DNA from: Octopus bimaculoides
Taxonomy: Eukaryota
Reading direction: 5' to 3'
Assembly (NCBI RefSeq): GCF_001194135.2
Contig: NC_068998.1
Location: 53,481,442 to 53,545,441, forward strand
Length of the DNA stretch: 64,000 nucleotides
Shown here piece after piece: positions 26,940 through 38,930 of this stretch. The stretch's first letter is position 1; the number at the start of each line of letters is the position of its first letter. A program made the translations under genes and the position numbers. Under the pieces are notes generated by a model. It saw nothing but the letters and a program-made list of their open reading frames with translations, had not been told where the DNA came from and did not search any database.

Positions 26940-27112
26940 GTCAACATTTCCCCTGGTCAGGGTACGATTCTGTCGTGTGTTTTCCCCCACCTAACGCTGA
27001 GTTGGAGGAAGCAGCGTGAAATGAGGTGTTTTGCTCAACACCACCGCTCTGATAGTAGAAACCAGGATCTTGAAAATACGAATGTAACACCCTGACCACA
27101 AGGAGCTGCACG
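26940..27112 (-). mobile_element. Decayed tRNA-derived SINE related to type E
   Basis: Reverse complement gtggtcagggtgttacattcg...ttgagcaaaacacctcatttcacgctgct...actcagc resembles the central domain of the type E copy. Confidence 0.55.
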
Positions 27113-27684
27113 TATACACGAACACACACACACAAATGCACGCACGTATTTGTGTCTTTGTCTGCGCTATAAAACTTTCTATCTATGCGCTTACAAATTT
27201 ATGTTGAAAGCTAAAGTCATAAACAGGGCAAGCACCTTAATTATATAAATGTTAATATTATTCATTATTTTGTTTTGCTTGTCGAAACTTCCCGCACCGA
27301 CACGACAATTGTTTACTGAACTCTTGCTACTGTCTCGTATTTGTGGATTTGTTTCAGTTCTTTCATTCGTTCTGATTTTATATGCCTTTTTTTATTCGGT
27401 TATTCATTGATAATTTTTGCTTGAACTGTATCATCATCGAGGCTCGAAAGTTGTCTGATTTCATAGGTTATCACACGTTCATACATCATACGCATCTATT
27501 TTCTTTCAACTTAGTCGGTGTCATATGAATCGTTAGTGTGGAGTTTTACAACCGTGAACTATGTAATATTTTTATTTAATTTTCTGTTTTCATTTTGGCA
27601 GTATAGGGTTATAGGCATTCGCTGCTACTGATGTTCTGATGCTATACTTCATGTTGCTCTACTGTATAATATTGTGTGTGGGTG

Positions 27685-27775
<91 letters not shown>

Positions 27776-27840
27776 TATGTATGCGTCCACATATATGTGC
27801 ACGCAGACAAAACACACAAACACACATATATATATCTACA

Positions 27841-27873
<33 letters not shown>

Positions 27874-28541
27874 TAACATGTGTGTATGTGTATATATATA
27901 TATATATATATAAGCACACGTATTTTCGCACGCACACAACAAACAGACACAAACTCATACAATGTGTGTGGACGCGCGCGCCTGTGTGTCTGTGTGTGCG
28001 TGCAAGTGGAAATATACACCAAAGTATTATATTTTCTTTGCAGCACCTTATATAGAAATCGCGGCTGTGCTCGAGTTTAAATATTTTGTAAACTACTTTT
28101 TTCCTTTTGTGCCGTTGTAACCTATCTATTTTCAGTTTCGAACGATAACCTTTGCGGTGACTTTCCTGGATCTTTTTCGTTACAGCTTGTCAACATAATG
28201 CTGAAGGTGATGTGAAGTGTCGTATTTTGTTGTTAGCGGCCAAGGGTCACAGAAATGGTGTTGTATCTAATAAAATCCTCCCCGTCTGGTTTAAAGTTGC
28301 TTTCATTCAGCTCCAGGATTCTTTGCTTTTGAAGTATCCATAATTGAAAGCAGAATCTCGGTAAAAAGTCATTATCCAGCAAAAAAAAGCCAATGAAATA
28401 AAACTGTAACTAAATGTTTAAACTAAATTTTGAAGCAAAGAGCGAAACCACTTACAGGAATATTCAGACACACGCACCACGACGCGTATACTAACGCACA
28501 CGCGCACAACGACGCACATTCCATTACACACACACACACTT

Positions 28542-28616
<75 letters not shown>

Positions 28617-29410
28617 TACACACTCAGATACATATATTCCTACATTGGTGGGTATGCTAACATGCATAGTAAATTACTTGGTAATAGTAATTAAATGTAT
28701 CTGGAAAGAACTAGGGTAATAATTTTATTGAAAGTTCGGATGATTTATTTGTAAATGTTTGAAATCTGAATGCGAAATTTCAAGATCAAACGCTATAGTA
28801 CAAATAACCTCCAGGAACGTGTTACTTTCAGTCACATATTTCCTGTTAATGGTGGCTATAAATCTCACGAGCGCTCTCCGTTCGAGACTTTGGTCATTTC
28901 TCAGTATATAGAAACCAAATCTAAATACGTTCACACACAACAAACATTCCTTCAGTTTAATTTTATTGCCGAATATTAGCTGATCATTGCTGAATACTCT
29001 TTCACTTTCATCTGATTCGGCAGATTTCGTTATTTTTTCCTTATGCGTGTTTAGTAAAAACAAGTTTGAATTGAAATTCTGGTAATCTTTTATGCCTCCA
29101 TTTATGTGCACTGTAGCCACAACGCTGATGTTTGTATGTATTTTGTTAATAATGAATATTTTACAGAAAGTTTACTTCCTTCTTTTATTTTTTGTCCAGA
29201 CTATTACACAAGTCGAAAGAGTTATCGACTAATGAGAAATTTCTTTGAAGTATGTTCCACATACTCTCTTATTATGTACTCTAATGGTACCTTTTTGAAA
29301 TGGGTGGTCACCTGACACGACGATGTCGTAATGACATATTCTACGTAAGAGTACTTGAGAGGAAATTGATATATATTCACGAATAGGTTGGAATTTGCTT
29401 GTTTCTATGC

Positions 29411-29441
<31 letters not shown>

Positions 29442-29478
29442 AGTAAAAATAAATACAAAAAAAGGGGTTTTGTATGAT

Positions 29479-29479
<1 letters not shown>

Positions 29480-29524
<45 letters not shown>

Positions 29525-29561
29525 GTATATATGTATGTATTTATGTATGTATGTTTATACA

Positions 29562-29611
<50 letters not shown>

Positions 29612-29648
29612 GTATATATGTATGTATTTATGTATGTATGTTTATACA

Positions 29649-29689
<41 letters not shown>

Positions 29690-29724
29690 TTATACATCTA
29701 TATATATGTATGTTTATATATATA

Positions 29725-29760
<36 letters not shown>
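29480..29760. repeat. Compound TA microsatellite with a duplicated ~92-bp unit
   Basis: tattatatatgtatatatgtatgtatttatgtatgtatgtttatacatct occurs twice, plus a partial third copy. Confidence 0.85.
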
Positions 29761-29761
<1 letters not shown>

Positions 29762-29928
29762 TTACTCATGAGGGTAGAAATTGAGATTAATCAATTTGAA
29801 CCAGTGGTCTAGCATATTACAAAAATCCGAAGATTACAATTATATTACATACAAAAATGAGGGATGACCAGCAAAAGTGGACTCCTATATGCTAGTAATA
29901 GATGCCGAATCATCTAACCACGAAAAAA
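29758..29928 (-). mobile_element. Second copy of the terminal arm of the 11883-12445 element
   Basis: gggtagaaattgagattaatcaatttgaaccagtggtctag...gatgaccagcaaaagtggactcctatatgctag matches the reverse complement of 12277-12440; starts at (TA)n. Confidence 0.9.
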
Positions 29929-30017
29929 ACCACACAGAACGCCCGGTCCGGGAATCGAAAGCGCGATCTTACGGCCGCGAGTCCACTGCCCTATCCACTG
30001 GGCCATTGCGCCTCCAC
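29929..30017 (-). mobile_element. SINE type D head only
   Basis: Reverse complement ggaggcgcaatggcccagtggatagggcagtggactcgcggccgtaagatcgcgctttcgattcccggaccgggcg matches 14700-14772. Confidence 0.85.
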
Positions 30018-30967
30018 AGAAGCAATATAAACAACAACATCAAATATTACAAAGAGAGCTACTATAATTACGCAATACAAATAAAAATAATTGGATTTGA
30101 CTGCTGTTTCTAACATACTATGTGACTAAATACAAGGTTGTATATTGAATTATTGCTGGAAATTTTGTCTTGAAGATTCTGTATTCAGATATTCATTAGG
30201 TAAAAATATATGCACGTTTGTTTCCAGTGGATGAGTAAGAAAGGAGATCTGGTAAATTCATAAGTTTTCTCCCCTCCCTTAATTTTGAGCTCTGACTCAC
30301 GCGGGAATTACCTACACATATTAGCTATTTTAATTTCGGATGCAGTATCAAAATACTTGCAGTAACGAATAAATTGTTATCTCTACACAACCGAACGCAT
30401 TTTATTATTTTTTTTCCTTCTCACTACCATACCTATTCCAAAAATTGCAAACGTACATAGGGAATAGCTCATTCTTTCATGAATAATTTTCGTTTTCATA
30501 AATATATCATTTTTTCCTTTATTTTTACACTTTAATCTTATTGTAGCTTGAGAATCTGCATGCGATAAAGCAGGTTTTTTTTCCTTTACTTCCATCTCTG
30601 AAACTAGATACGTGCGTGTTAGATTTTTCACCATCTTTACGAGAGCTGCTATCAGAATATTAATTTTTGTTCTTCTTATATAACTGGCTCTTCACGGATT
30701 AGACGTTTGGTAGACATTAGTTTCATGGTCTATCCGTATCCGGAATGTCTGTTAGCAAATACAGGATTTCATTCTCTTCTAACTTAACGTACACTCAGTT
30801 ATCAAAATGTTTTGCGACTCGAACAAATTGAAACAAAAAAATTAATACAAGAACTGTCCTTGTAGAGTTCTTAGTTTTCAAGTTTACCTTTCCAAATGAT
30901 ATCGATAATTTCTCCACAATAATCATTTTTTTTTATTAATATAATTCTCCGAAACATACACTGTTCA

Positions 30968-31129
30968 GGCGCAGGAGTGGCTGTGTGGTAAGTAGCTTGC
31001 TTACCAACCACATGGTTCCAGGTTCATTCCCACTTCGTGGCACCTTGGACAAGTGTCTTCTACTATAGCCTCGGGCCGACCAAAGCCTGGTGAGTGGATT
31101 TGGTAGACGGACACTGAAAGAAGCCTGTC

Positions 31130-31205
<76 letters not shown>

Positions 31206-31425
31206 ATGTGTGGGTGTATTTGTGTGTCTGTGTTTGCTCCCCCCCCCAATATCGCTTTACATCCGATGCTGGTGCGTTTACGTCCCCGTAACTTAACGGT
31301 TCGGCAAAGGAGACCGATAGAATAAGGACTAGGTTTCCAAAGAATAAGCCCTGGGGTCGATTTGCTCGACTAAAAGCGGTGCTCCAGCATGGCCGTAGTC
31401 AAATGACTGAAGCAAGTAAAAGAGA
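30968..31425 (+). mobile_element. Full composite SINE: type A head + (TA)n(TG)n + type C tail
   Basis: A box TGGCTGTGTGG and B box GGTTCATTCC; ...gaaagaagcctgtcg then microsatellite, then gtgtttgctccccc...gcggtgctccagcatggccgtagtcaaatgactgaagcaagtaaaagag. Confidence 0.9.
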
Positions 31426-31619
31426 ATGTCGCATAAAAAATTATCAACAATAGAATTAAACAATAGAATTACCCCAAAAGGGGGGGGAGTTCATCCCAGG
31501 GACAACCGAGAAACCACGCACATCCTGGTTATTCCGACCGCCAAGTGCCGGCTCGCCGCCTTAGCAACAACAGCAATAATAATAATAATAATAATAACAA
31601 TGAGAAGAAGAAGAAGAAT

Positions 31620-31832
31620 GGTTTCAAATTCTGGCAGAGAGTCAGTAGTTATTGTGTAGGAGAAATCTATTCCATCAACTCCAATATTCACTGCTAGTTT
31701 TTTTTTTTGTTTTTTTTTTATCGACGTCGAAAATCAAAAAACGACGAAGTCGACCTCACCGGAACTTAGCTCGGAACATAAGGACGTTAAGCATTTTGTC
31801 CGGCTTTCGAACAATTCTGTCAGTTCACCTCC
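31620..31832 (-). mobile_element. Decayed SINE type B
   Basis: gaagtcgacctcaccggaacttagctcggaac...taagcattttgtccgg...attctgtcagttcacctcc matches the type B reverse complement. Confidence 0.7.
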
Positions 31833-31931
31833 TTCATAATGATATTACTTCTGCAAAGATAACTAATAGACCGCAGTCTTTACGTAAACATCGGAACAAA
31901 TCACCAAATCTCTTGTCACGAAACAAGCAAT

Positions 31932-31962
<31 letters not shown>

Positions 31963-32229
31963 CCTACACACATACAAATACACACACACTGACAGGCACA
32001 TATATATGTATTCATGTGTGTATATATGTGTATGCATACGTACACATATACAAATATATACACACATACATGCATACTAACATATACATATTTGTGTTTG
32101 TGTATGTATATGTGGGCCCGTGTTTGTCCGATTAAATATATATATATACTTCAGATAAGATTCAGCCGGCGGTGAATAAAGCGATATTTAATTTAAATAG
32201 CTCTACCTAATTAATTAATGATATTTTTA

Positions 32230-32390
32230 AGTGATTTTAATGTCTCGTATTGAGCCTAAAGCAGGGAATTGTTGTAGACGGCCTGTCTGGAATAGTTTGT
32301 AAGAATTTGTCAAGATGACGTTTGAACGTGTCCAGAGTAGTTAATTGTTTTCGATACCTTTGGGAATAATGGTGAAGGAAGTTGACCCAA
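32230..32390 (-). mobile_element. CR1/L2-group LINE ORF2 C-terminal fragment
   Basis: Reads FTIIPKGIE...LDTFKRHLDKFLQTIPDRP, homologous to FKSRLDLFLSRVPDEP at 12700. Confidence 0.65.
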
Positions 32391-34524
32391 TTGATATAAA
32401 ATAATAATAATTTTCTCTGTATAGCAGTGTTGCTCTAATTTAACTTTATATGTACAGGCTGAAACTACAATAGACAATCTCTGGTCGTTGAAATTGTGCT
32501 TTTGTGCGAAATAATTGAAATGTAAATATCTTTATCAAAATCCTGCAGGGAAACTGAGTTTCTATTCCCTGATGCGTTTATGGATAAAATCTCTTCTTGA
32601 ATAAGATGCGCGCATATTCCAATTTATATTCTCAAAATCTTTGTGCCGTTTCTCTCTTCTGAATAATTATATGAAACACCAGAATACAGATTTTTATACA
32701 CTGTTACCGTAGAATATCAAACTAGAAGGAAGGAAATATTTCATAGTCGTCCGACTTGTAGATAAACTACTCGAATCTCCCTCAAATCACATTTTAGTGT
32801 CTTCAAAAGACGGAATAAAGAGATACTTATATAATGTACCTCTACATATAGTTCAAGAGGCTATCTGTTAACGTTTCTCTACATATTATTCAAAAGAAGA
32901 GACAGTATTTTGTGGAAGACTGGTAGTTATCTCTGCCCCCAAGGTTACTCTCTTCACGTTACCAATGTTGTTCTAAGTAAAGGTCAACTAAGCCATACCA
33001 GTCGATACAGACGGGGACCAGAATTGTTGCAATCATTACTGTCAGCACACACCGCCGAGACTAAATAGCTTCCTGAAGACATCTCCCTAACTTTATAACG
33101 CTTCAAACAATCTAACATCCTGAAACTTCATCTTTTTTCTATCGACCCTGGATCTCGAACTTAGATCTCGAACTTTGAGCCAAGAGGTGGGGAAAGTGTC
33201 TCTAGGTATTCTATAGAAATTTCAAACGACTCTATCAGTTAAAGTATACTCTATGCGTTGAAGTATACTATGCCAGATATAAAAGGCAAGATGATTATCA
33301 GTCTTCTGGAACAGGTGTGACAATGGACTTTCCAGCAACGATCACAACAAAATCTTTGGTATAGATTCAAGATTTTGGAACTCGTAATTGCATTTTATAT
33401 TTCAGTTGTCACTGAAGGAATCCAGTTAATAACATAACTGTCTGATGATGTCACTGACACTCGTTCGTTCAGTTATTTTTCAAGGGATGCGTATGAGATT
33501 ATCCGACGATATTATTTGCATGCAACTGGTGTGTTTGAGAAACAGGAAGTTGTTATATTTCACGTTGTAAGCATTGAAAATTAGAGGCAAGCAATGGTAC
33601 ATACGTTTCCATACCAGGCCCGCGGGGAGATAGATTTTACAACTAATTCGATGGTCCAGAATTTGTAAGATTTTGGAGTTGACGCTGGAGTATGTGAGTG
33701 TGTGTATATGTGCATAGGATATTGTTTGTATGAAAGTATTAGAGATCCTTATGTATTAAATCACAGTGAGCATTAAATCCCTGTGATTCAGACAACAACA
33801 AAATCATTGCAAAGTTGATCCTGCTTAATCTCACCGGGTTTGATGTGTTGCATGCTTACAAGTTTAAATATAGTTTCTTTTGCAAGATTAAATCGTTTCC
33901 TCTGTGGGTTGTAGCGGTATTGACGTGTTTATATTAAATAATTAAGATAGCTTTAGATTCAATGCAAGCTAACTTGAAACAACGTCACATGTACAACATC
34001 AACGCAATGGCATTGTTCCAAAATAAATTACACAAAATAAATATCTATTACTTTTCATTGTGCAAAATACCATGTTTGAAAATGGTGTAGCGTCACATGA
34101 ATCGGCACCAGTTCAGTATTCTTTATTATTTTACCATTTCTTTTTCGAGGAAATTCAAAGCTGTCATTGATACATATGAGATTAACCGTTTCTGCCAACC
34201 CACGTTCTTCATCTTTGATCGGATATATAATTGTGTAGGTAAAAAGAAAGTGTAATGAGTGCATGAAAGCTGAAACAGATAATAGTCATTCTAATTTTGC
34301 GTGTCAAATTCATGCCGTTTATACTTGTTGGTTTCCTTGAATTTAAATAATTATGGAAGCAAAAAGTTATTAGAGACAAATAGGAAAATACGCAACTGAT
34401 ATACCTGTGTGTTTTAAGAACTTAGTCTCTAGGCAAGTGTTTCCGAGAAGTTAATTCCACTATAGACTAATATACTGTGAGAAAACTTGGTCAACAGACG
34501 GCCCTTGCGAATGTGTGTGTGTTT

Positions 34525-34710
34525 AATGACGTATGTGTTGGTCTCCACACACTACTTGACAAGCTGTACAGGTTTAAGCCCCAGTTACCTAAGGGTTCAG
34601 CAAAAGTGACTTATTAAATGTGTCCCAGATTTTAAACAAATATGTACCATGATCGTTTTGGTCGACTAAAATCATTCATCGCCATTTCCCAGCAGGACCG
34701 TAACCCAGCG
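34525..34710 (+). mobile_element. Highly decayed SINE type C
   Basis: ccccagttacctaagggttcagcaaaagtgac...ggtcgactaaa...ccagcaggaccgta aligns loosely to 31285-31400. Confidence 0.5.
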
Positions 34711-34904
34711 AATGTAGCAAAGAAAAGAGGAGATAAAAGGCAAGGGGAAGACAGCACTCAATAACATTTTCTTGGTCTCATGCAAAGACACAACGCAATG
34801 AGGAATTTATCCTCTCCTGAAAACCTGGCGGGAATCATTATAGAAATATTCTTATTGCTTAAGAACCATCGATGAATTACATCTACGACTCAAGAAACAA
34901 AACA

Positions 34905-34993
34905 ATTGTCAAGAGGTGGTGGAGTACAAGCACAGCATACACACACACGCACACACACAACTACACACACGCACACACACATATATGTATAGC

Positions 34994-35038
<45 letters not shown>

Positions 35039-35158
35039 GACGGGCTTCTTTCAGTTTCCGTCTATCAAATCTGATCACAATGCTTTGGTTGGCCCGAGGC
35101 TACAGCAGAAGAGGAGACTTGCCCAAGGTGCTACGCAGTGGGAGTGAAACCATGAACA
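34905..35158 (-). mobile_element. SINE type A with microsatellite and start of type C
   Basis: cgacgggcttctttcagtttccgtct...ggcccgaggctacagcagaag...cttgcccaaggtgctacgcagtggga at 35038-35150; C-like tgtcaagaggtggtggag at 34905. Confidence 0.8.
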
Positions 35159-35412
35159 TGTGTGTGCACTCGCGCGTGTTGGTGCTTGCATGTGCTTAGA
35201 TATATATGAACTCTGACGTAGTATGCCTGGCATAACTGTGTTAGTCTCCACATTCCACTGTCAATGTAATCTTGGAAATATATAATATCACACTTCTTCG
35301 GTTCCTGTACTTGCATAACATCATTGCACTTACCTGCTTCCAGCCAGAAGAAAGATCGTTATTTCACACCAGGTACATACACATATTTACACACACACAC
35401 ACACGCCGAACT

Positions 35413-35450
<38 letters not shown>

Positions 35451-35921
35451 NNNNNNNNNNNNNNNNNNNNNNNNNNNNNNNNNNNNNNNNNNNNNNNNNN
35501 NNNNNNNNNNNNNNNNNNNNNNNNNNNNNNNNNNNNNNNNNNNNNNNNNNNNNNNNNNNNNNNNNNNNNNNNNNNNNNNNNNNNNNNNNNNNNNNNNNNN
35601 NNNNNNNNNNNNNNNNNNNNNNNNNNNNNNNNNNNNNNNNNNNNNNNNNNNNNNNNNNNNNNNNNNNNNNNNNNNNNNNNNNNNNNNNNNNNNNNNNNNN
35701 NNNNNNNNNNNNNNNNNNNNNNNNNNNNNNNNNNNNNNNNNNNNNNNNNNNNNNNNNNNNNNNNNNNNNNNNNNNNNNNNNNNNNNNNNNNNNNNNNNNN
35801 NNNNNNNNNNNNNNNNNNNNNNNNNNNNNNNNNNNNNNNNNNNNNNNNNNNNNNNNNNNNNNNNNNNNNNNNNNNNNNNNNNNNNNNNNNNNNNNNNNNN
35901 NNNNNNNNNNNNNNNNNNNNN

Positions 35922-35961
<40 letters not shown>

Positions 35962-35963
<2 letters not shown>

Positions 35964-36112
35964 GACGGGCTTCTTTCAGTTTCCGTCCACCAAATCCACT
36001 CAGAAGGCTTTAGTCTGCGTCAGGATATAGCAGAAGGCAATTGCCGAAGACGCCACGCAATGGGACTGAAGCCGAAACGATGTAGTTGGGAAGCAAACTT
36101 CTTACCAGACAA
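35962..36112 (-). mobile_element. SINE type A 5' half
   Basis: cgacgggcttctttcagtttccgtccaccaaatccact...gttgggaagcaaacttcttacca; abuts (TA)n. Confidence 0.85.
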
Positions 36113-36269
36113 TACTCACAATTGTGTGTGCGTATGTGTGTATAAAGTACAACAGTCAACCTAGTTCCGTCATTTGTCCAGCATCGATGTAGGTCAGCTT
36201 CAAAGTAAAGAAAACGAAGTTAAACAAAATGTAATGAAGTGACATGTCGGAACGTTGTGCAGAATGTTG

Positions 36270-36330
36270 CCAGCGGGAAATACCGGAAATTGTGCACTAA
36301 CCAAATGTTCTTACTAATCCGCCATTTGTA
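36270..36330. promoter_or_regulatory. Candidate housekeeping-type promoter motif cluster
   Basis: GCGGGAAA (E2F-like) 36273, ACCGGAAAT (ETS-like) 36282 and CCGCCATTT (YY1-like) 36319 in a relatively CpG-rich, apparently non-repeat patch. Confidence 0.25.
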
Positions 36331-37849
36331 CGCCTTTCTCGAATCTTTGACAGCCAAGACCGTTACTATTCTCCGCTTTATCGTATTTGTTCGACACTAA
36401 TGACCATTCCCCATAATCTCTGCGGTAAAAATCCCGACAATCAGCTGTAGTAAATTCTATTCCACACAACAAAACACTTCACTGTATAAATTCGATGTTA
36501 TTAGGAATTCGTAATCACGCACGAATGAAATCTTAAGGGATGACACCTTGTAATTGAAAAATAGATGAATGACCTTGAATAGTAGACCGGTTAATAAAAT
36601 GAAAAAGGATAATTTCTTTAATGGTAAGGGGAATTGGTTCCTGTTTGGTGTTCATTCATGTAATACAAACATAGTAGACACAAAGCGCATGCGGCGTAAT
36701 ATTTTGATCTATGTTTTGGTCTTCTCACCAAGAGGTTTGTCGCTTCTGTTTAAAAGTACAATAAAGCTGTTAAATCACGTGACCATCGACTATTTCAATA
36801 TATTTTATCGCAGCAAATCTGACTTTTTATTGTTTACTAGCGGTTTGCATACAAGTTATATCGCTATTGTTATAGTAAATATACGAATATATATGCATAT
36901 ATAATAAATGAATATTATAAATACATAAAATGCACATATTCTTCGCTCCAGTTTACTCTTCAGATAAGTCGTTAGCTCTATGAAATTATGCTGAAATGAT
37001 TTCACTTCTAAGGCATCAGTAATATCGGAGAACAATTTCGAAGTGAGACGAGACGAGAGAAAATATGTATGTGATAACTCCACAACACCTCCCTCTATAT
37101 TTGAATTTATTGCACAAAACCTTCAGACATTTTCTTTATATAAGTTTTTCAAATAGAATTATTGATGCACCATTTCCTTATTTCATTTCAAATATTTTTA
37201 AAATGCTGATTTTACCTTCGGAGCGTTGTTTCAATTCCCAATTTTCGGTACTAATGCATTTCAGCACAATTTAGTATTATATTTTTTATACTGACCCATC
37301 TCTCTTTCTGTCTCTCTCCAGTTTTCTAGACATATAAAAGTATATTTTCTAAAGTGTCCAATCCTAGTTTTAACTCCTATCATAGTCAAACGATGCTTAA
37401 ACTATTCGATGCCACCCACATTGCCAGCGGTTTATTGTTCGTTAATAACAAGGTATTTATTGCAAAGTCGATAATTTTAAGGAAGTTGGCCTTTTTATTA
37501 TATTATCTCGTCTCCTATTTTATATCATACTCGAATTGAATTTTGATTTGCAATCGGATTTTCGTATATTTAATATCACTTAAAATACCAATTTTCATAT
37601 CTCTGCTCGTTTTTTTAAAACGTAATTTCCAGCGAACAATCCGAGTCACATTATTACACCGTCTCTTATATATTCCATGGCCAGTTTGTAGAATTTGCTT
37701 AGTAAATGTGCCATTCTTTTATTTTCAAGCAAAATATCCATCATATTTCGGAGTTGGCGGATACATCTATATGGAATTTTATATTTCTGCACATTATTAT
37801 GCAATTCTTATTTCTTAGATAAAGTGTCATCATTGCAAACAGAAGCGCT

Positions 37850-38930
37850 TTAAAAGTACGATAAATAGTTTAGTATGTCCATGACTTAAGAATGCTTTTT
37901 ATAGATTTCTTATTTTCCCTTCCATTTTCTATTGTCTTGTAGCACACCTGGGTATTCTACCCTTCAATGTTCCACAACGATCTTATGTTGTTCTTGTAAT
38001 TTTATGCGATCAGGATTTATCTTCCTGCCCCTCTTCATAATTCGGATTGCGCATTTTCCTGCCCCAAATTGCATACCAATATCCTTGATGAATAATGTTA
38101 CTATCCGGATCAGATAATCCACATTCTTTTGTATATACGCTGATATCATCCATATAAAGCAGGGATTTACTATCACCTGGATTTTGGCAAACTCTTAAGC
38201 AGGTCTGAATTTTTTCAGTATACTTGTCAGGTGAATTAACATATTGATGAAGTGTGGTGGAGAAAGCAAATGTCCTTCGAAATTCTCTGGGTATTTTCAC
38301 GTTTCATAGTGATTCATTTGCACATGTCAGTTCTACTTAACACACTCTCATTACTTTTTCCAACAAACCGTTTATCTTTTCATTGATTCCGATGTTTCTC
38401 AGGTACGCCAAGAACCGGATGTATGGAACGTTGTCCCAAGACATCCGGTAATCTATCTAGCCAACACTTAAAACCTTTCTTACTCGCTTTTCATTTAATA
38501 TCTCACAATCTAAATACAGCAGATCAGCAATCTCCCATTTACTTCTTTCTGAATCCTTTTAGTTCCATTGGCAATACATTATCCTTTCCTAGAAAATTAT
38601 CCCTGTGCAGAAAAATATATATTTCATCTGCTATAAGGCCAGTTGATAACTTCCAGTGTTATGGTAAACAAATAATAGGTATATAACTGCTGACTCTCGC
38701 ACACTTTCATTATCCGTCTCTATCAGCTCTATCCATCCTCTTGTTGACCATGATAGATTCAGTAAAAGCGCTCGTATATTGTATATAATTGGAAGGTTTT
38801 TGAACCAGAATCCTTTAACACCATTTGGGTGGTTTGGTTCGGTTTCCAGTTTAGTATTTTTTAATTTACAATCCCTTTCACTTTCTTATCCATAATTTCT
38901 ATATTTTCTTGCGTCACTCCGTATTCAAAT
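37850..38930 (-). mobile_element. R4/Dong-like (RLE-type) non-LTR retrotransposon reverse transcriptase, heavily degraded
   Basis: Ordered RT motifs across frameshifts: NWK..GVKGFWFKNL, GLIADEIY, LPMELKGFRK, IDY..DNVP, LLYMDDISVY, DIGMQFGAGKCAIRIMKRG. Confidence 0.8.

Noticed and set aside
28190-28345. Open 52-codon frame after a pyrimidine-rich AG
   Set aside because: No recognisable homology; within chance expectation
28725-29120. 131-aa minus-strand ORF
   Set aside because: No domain motif or splice support
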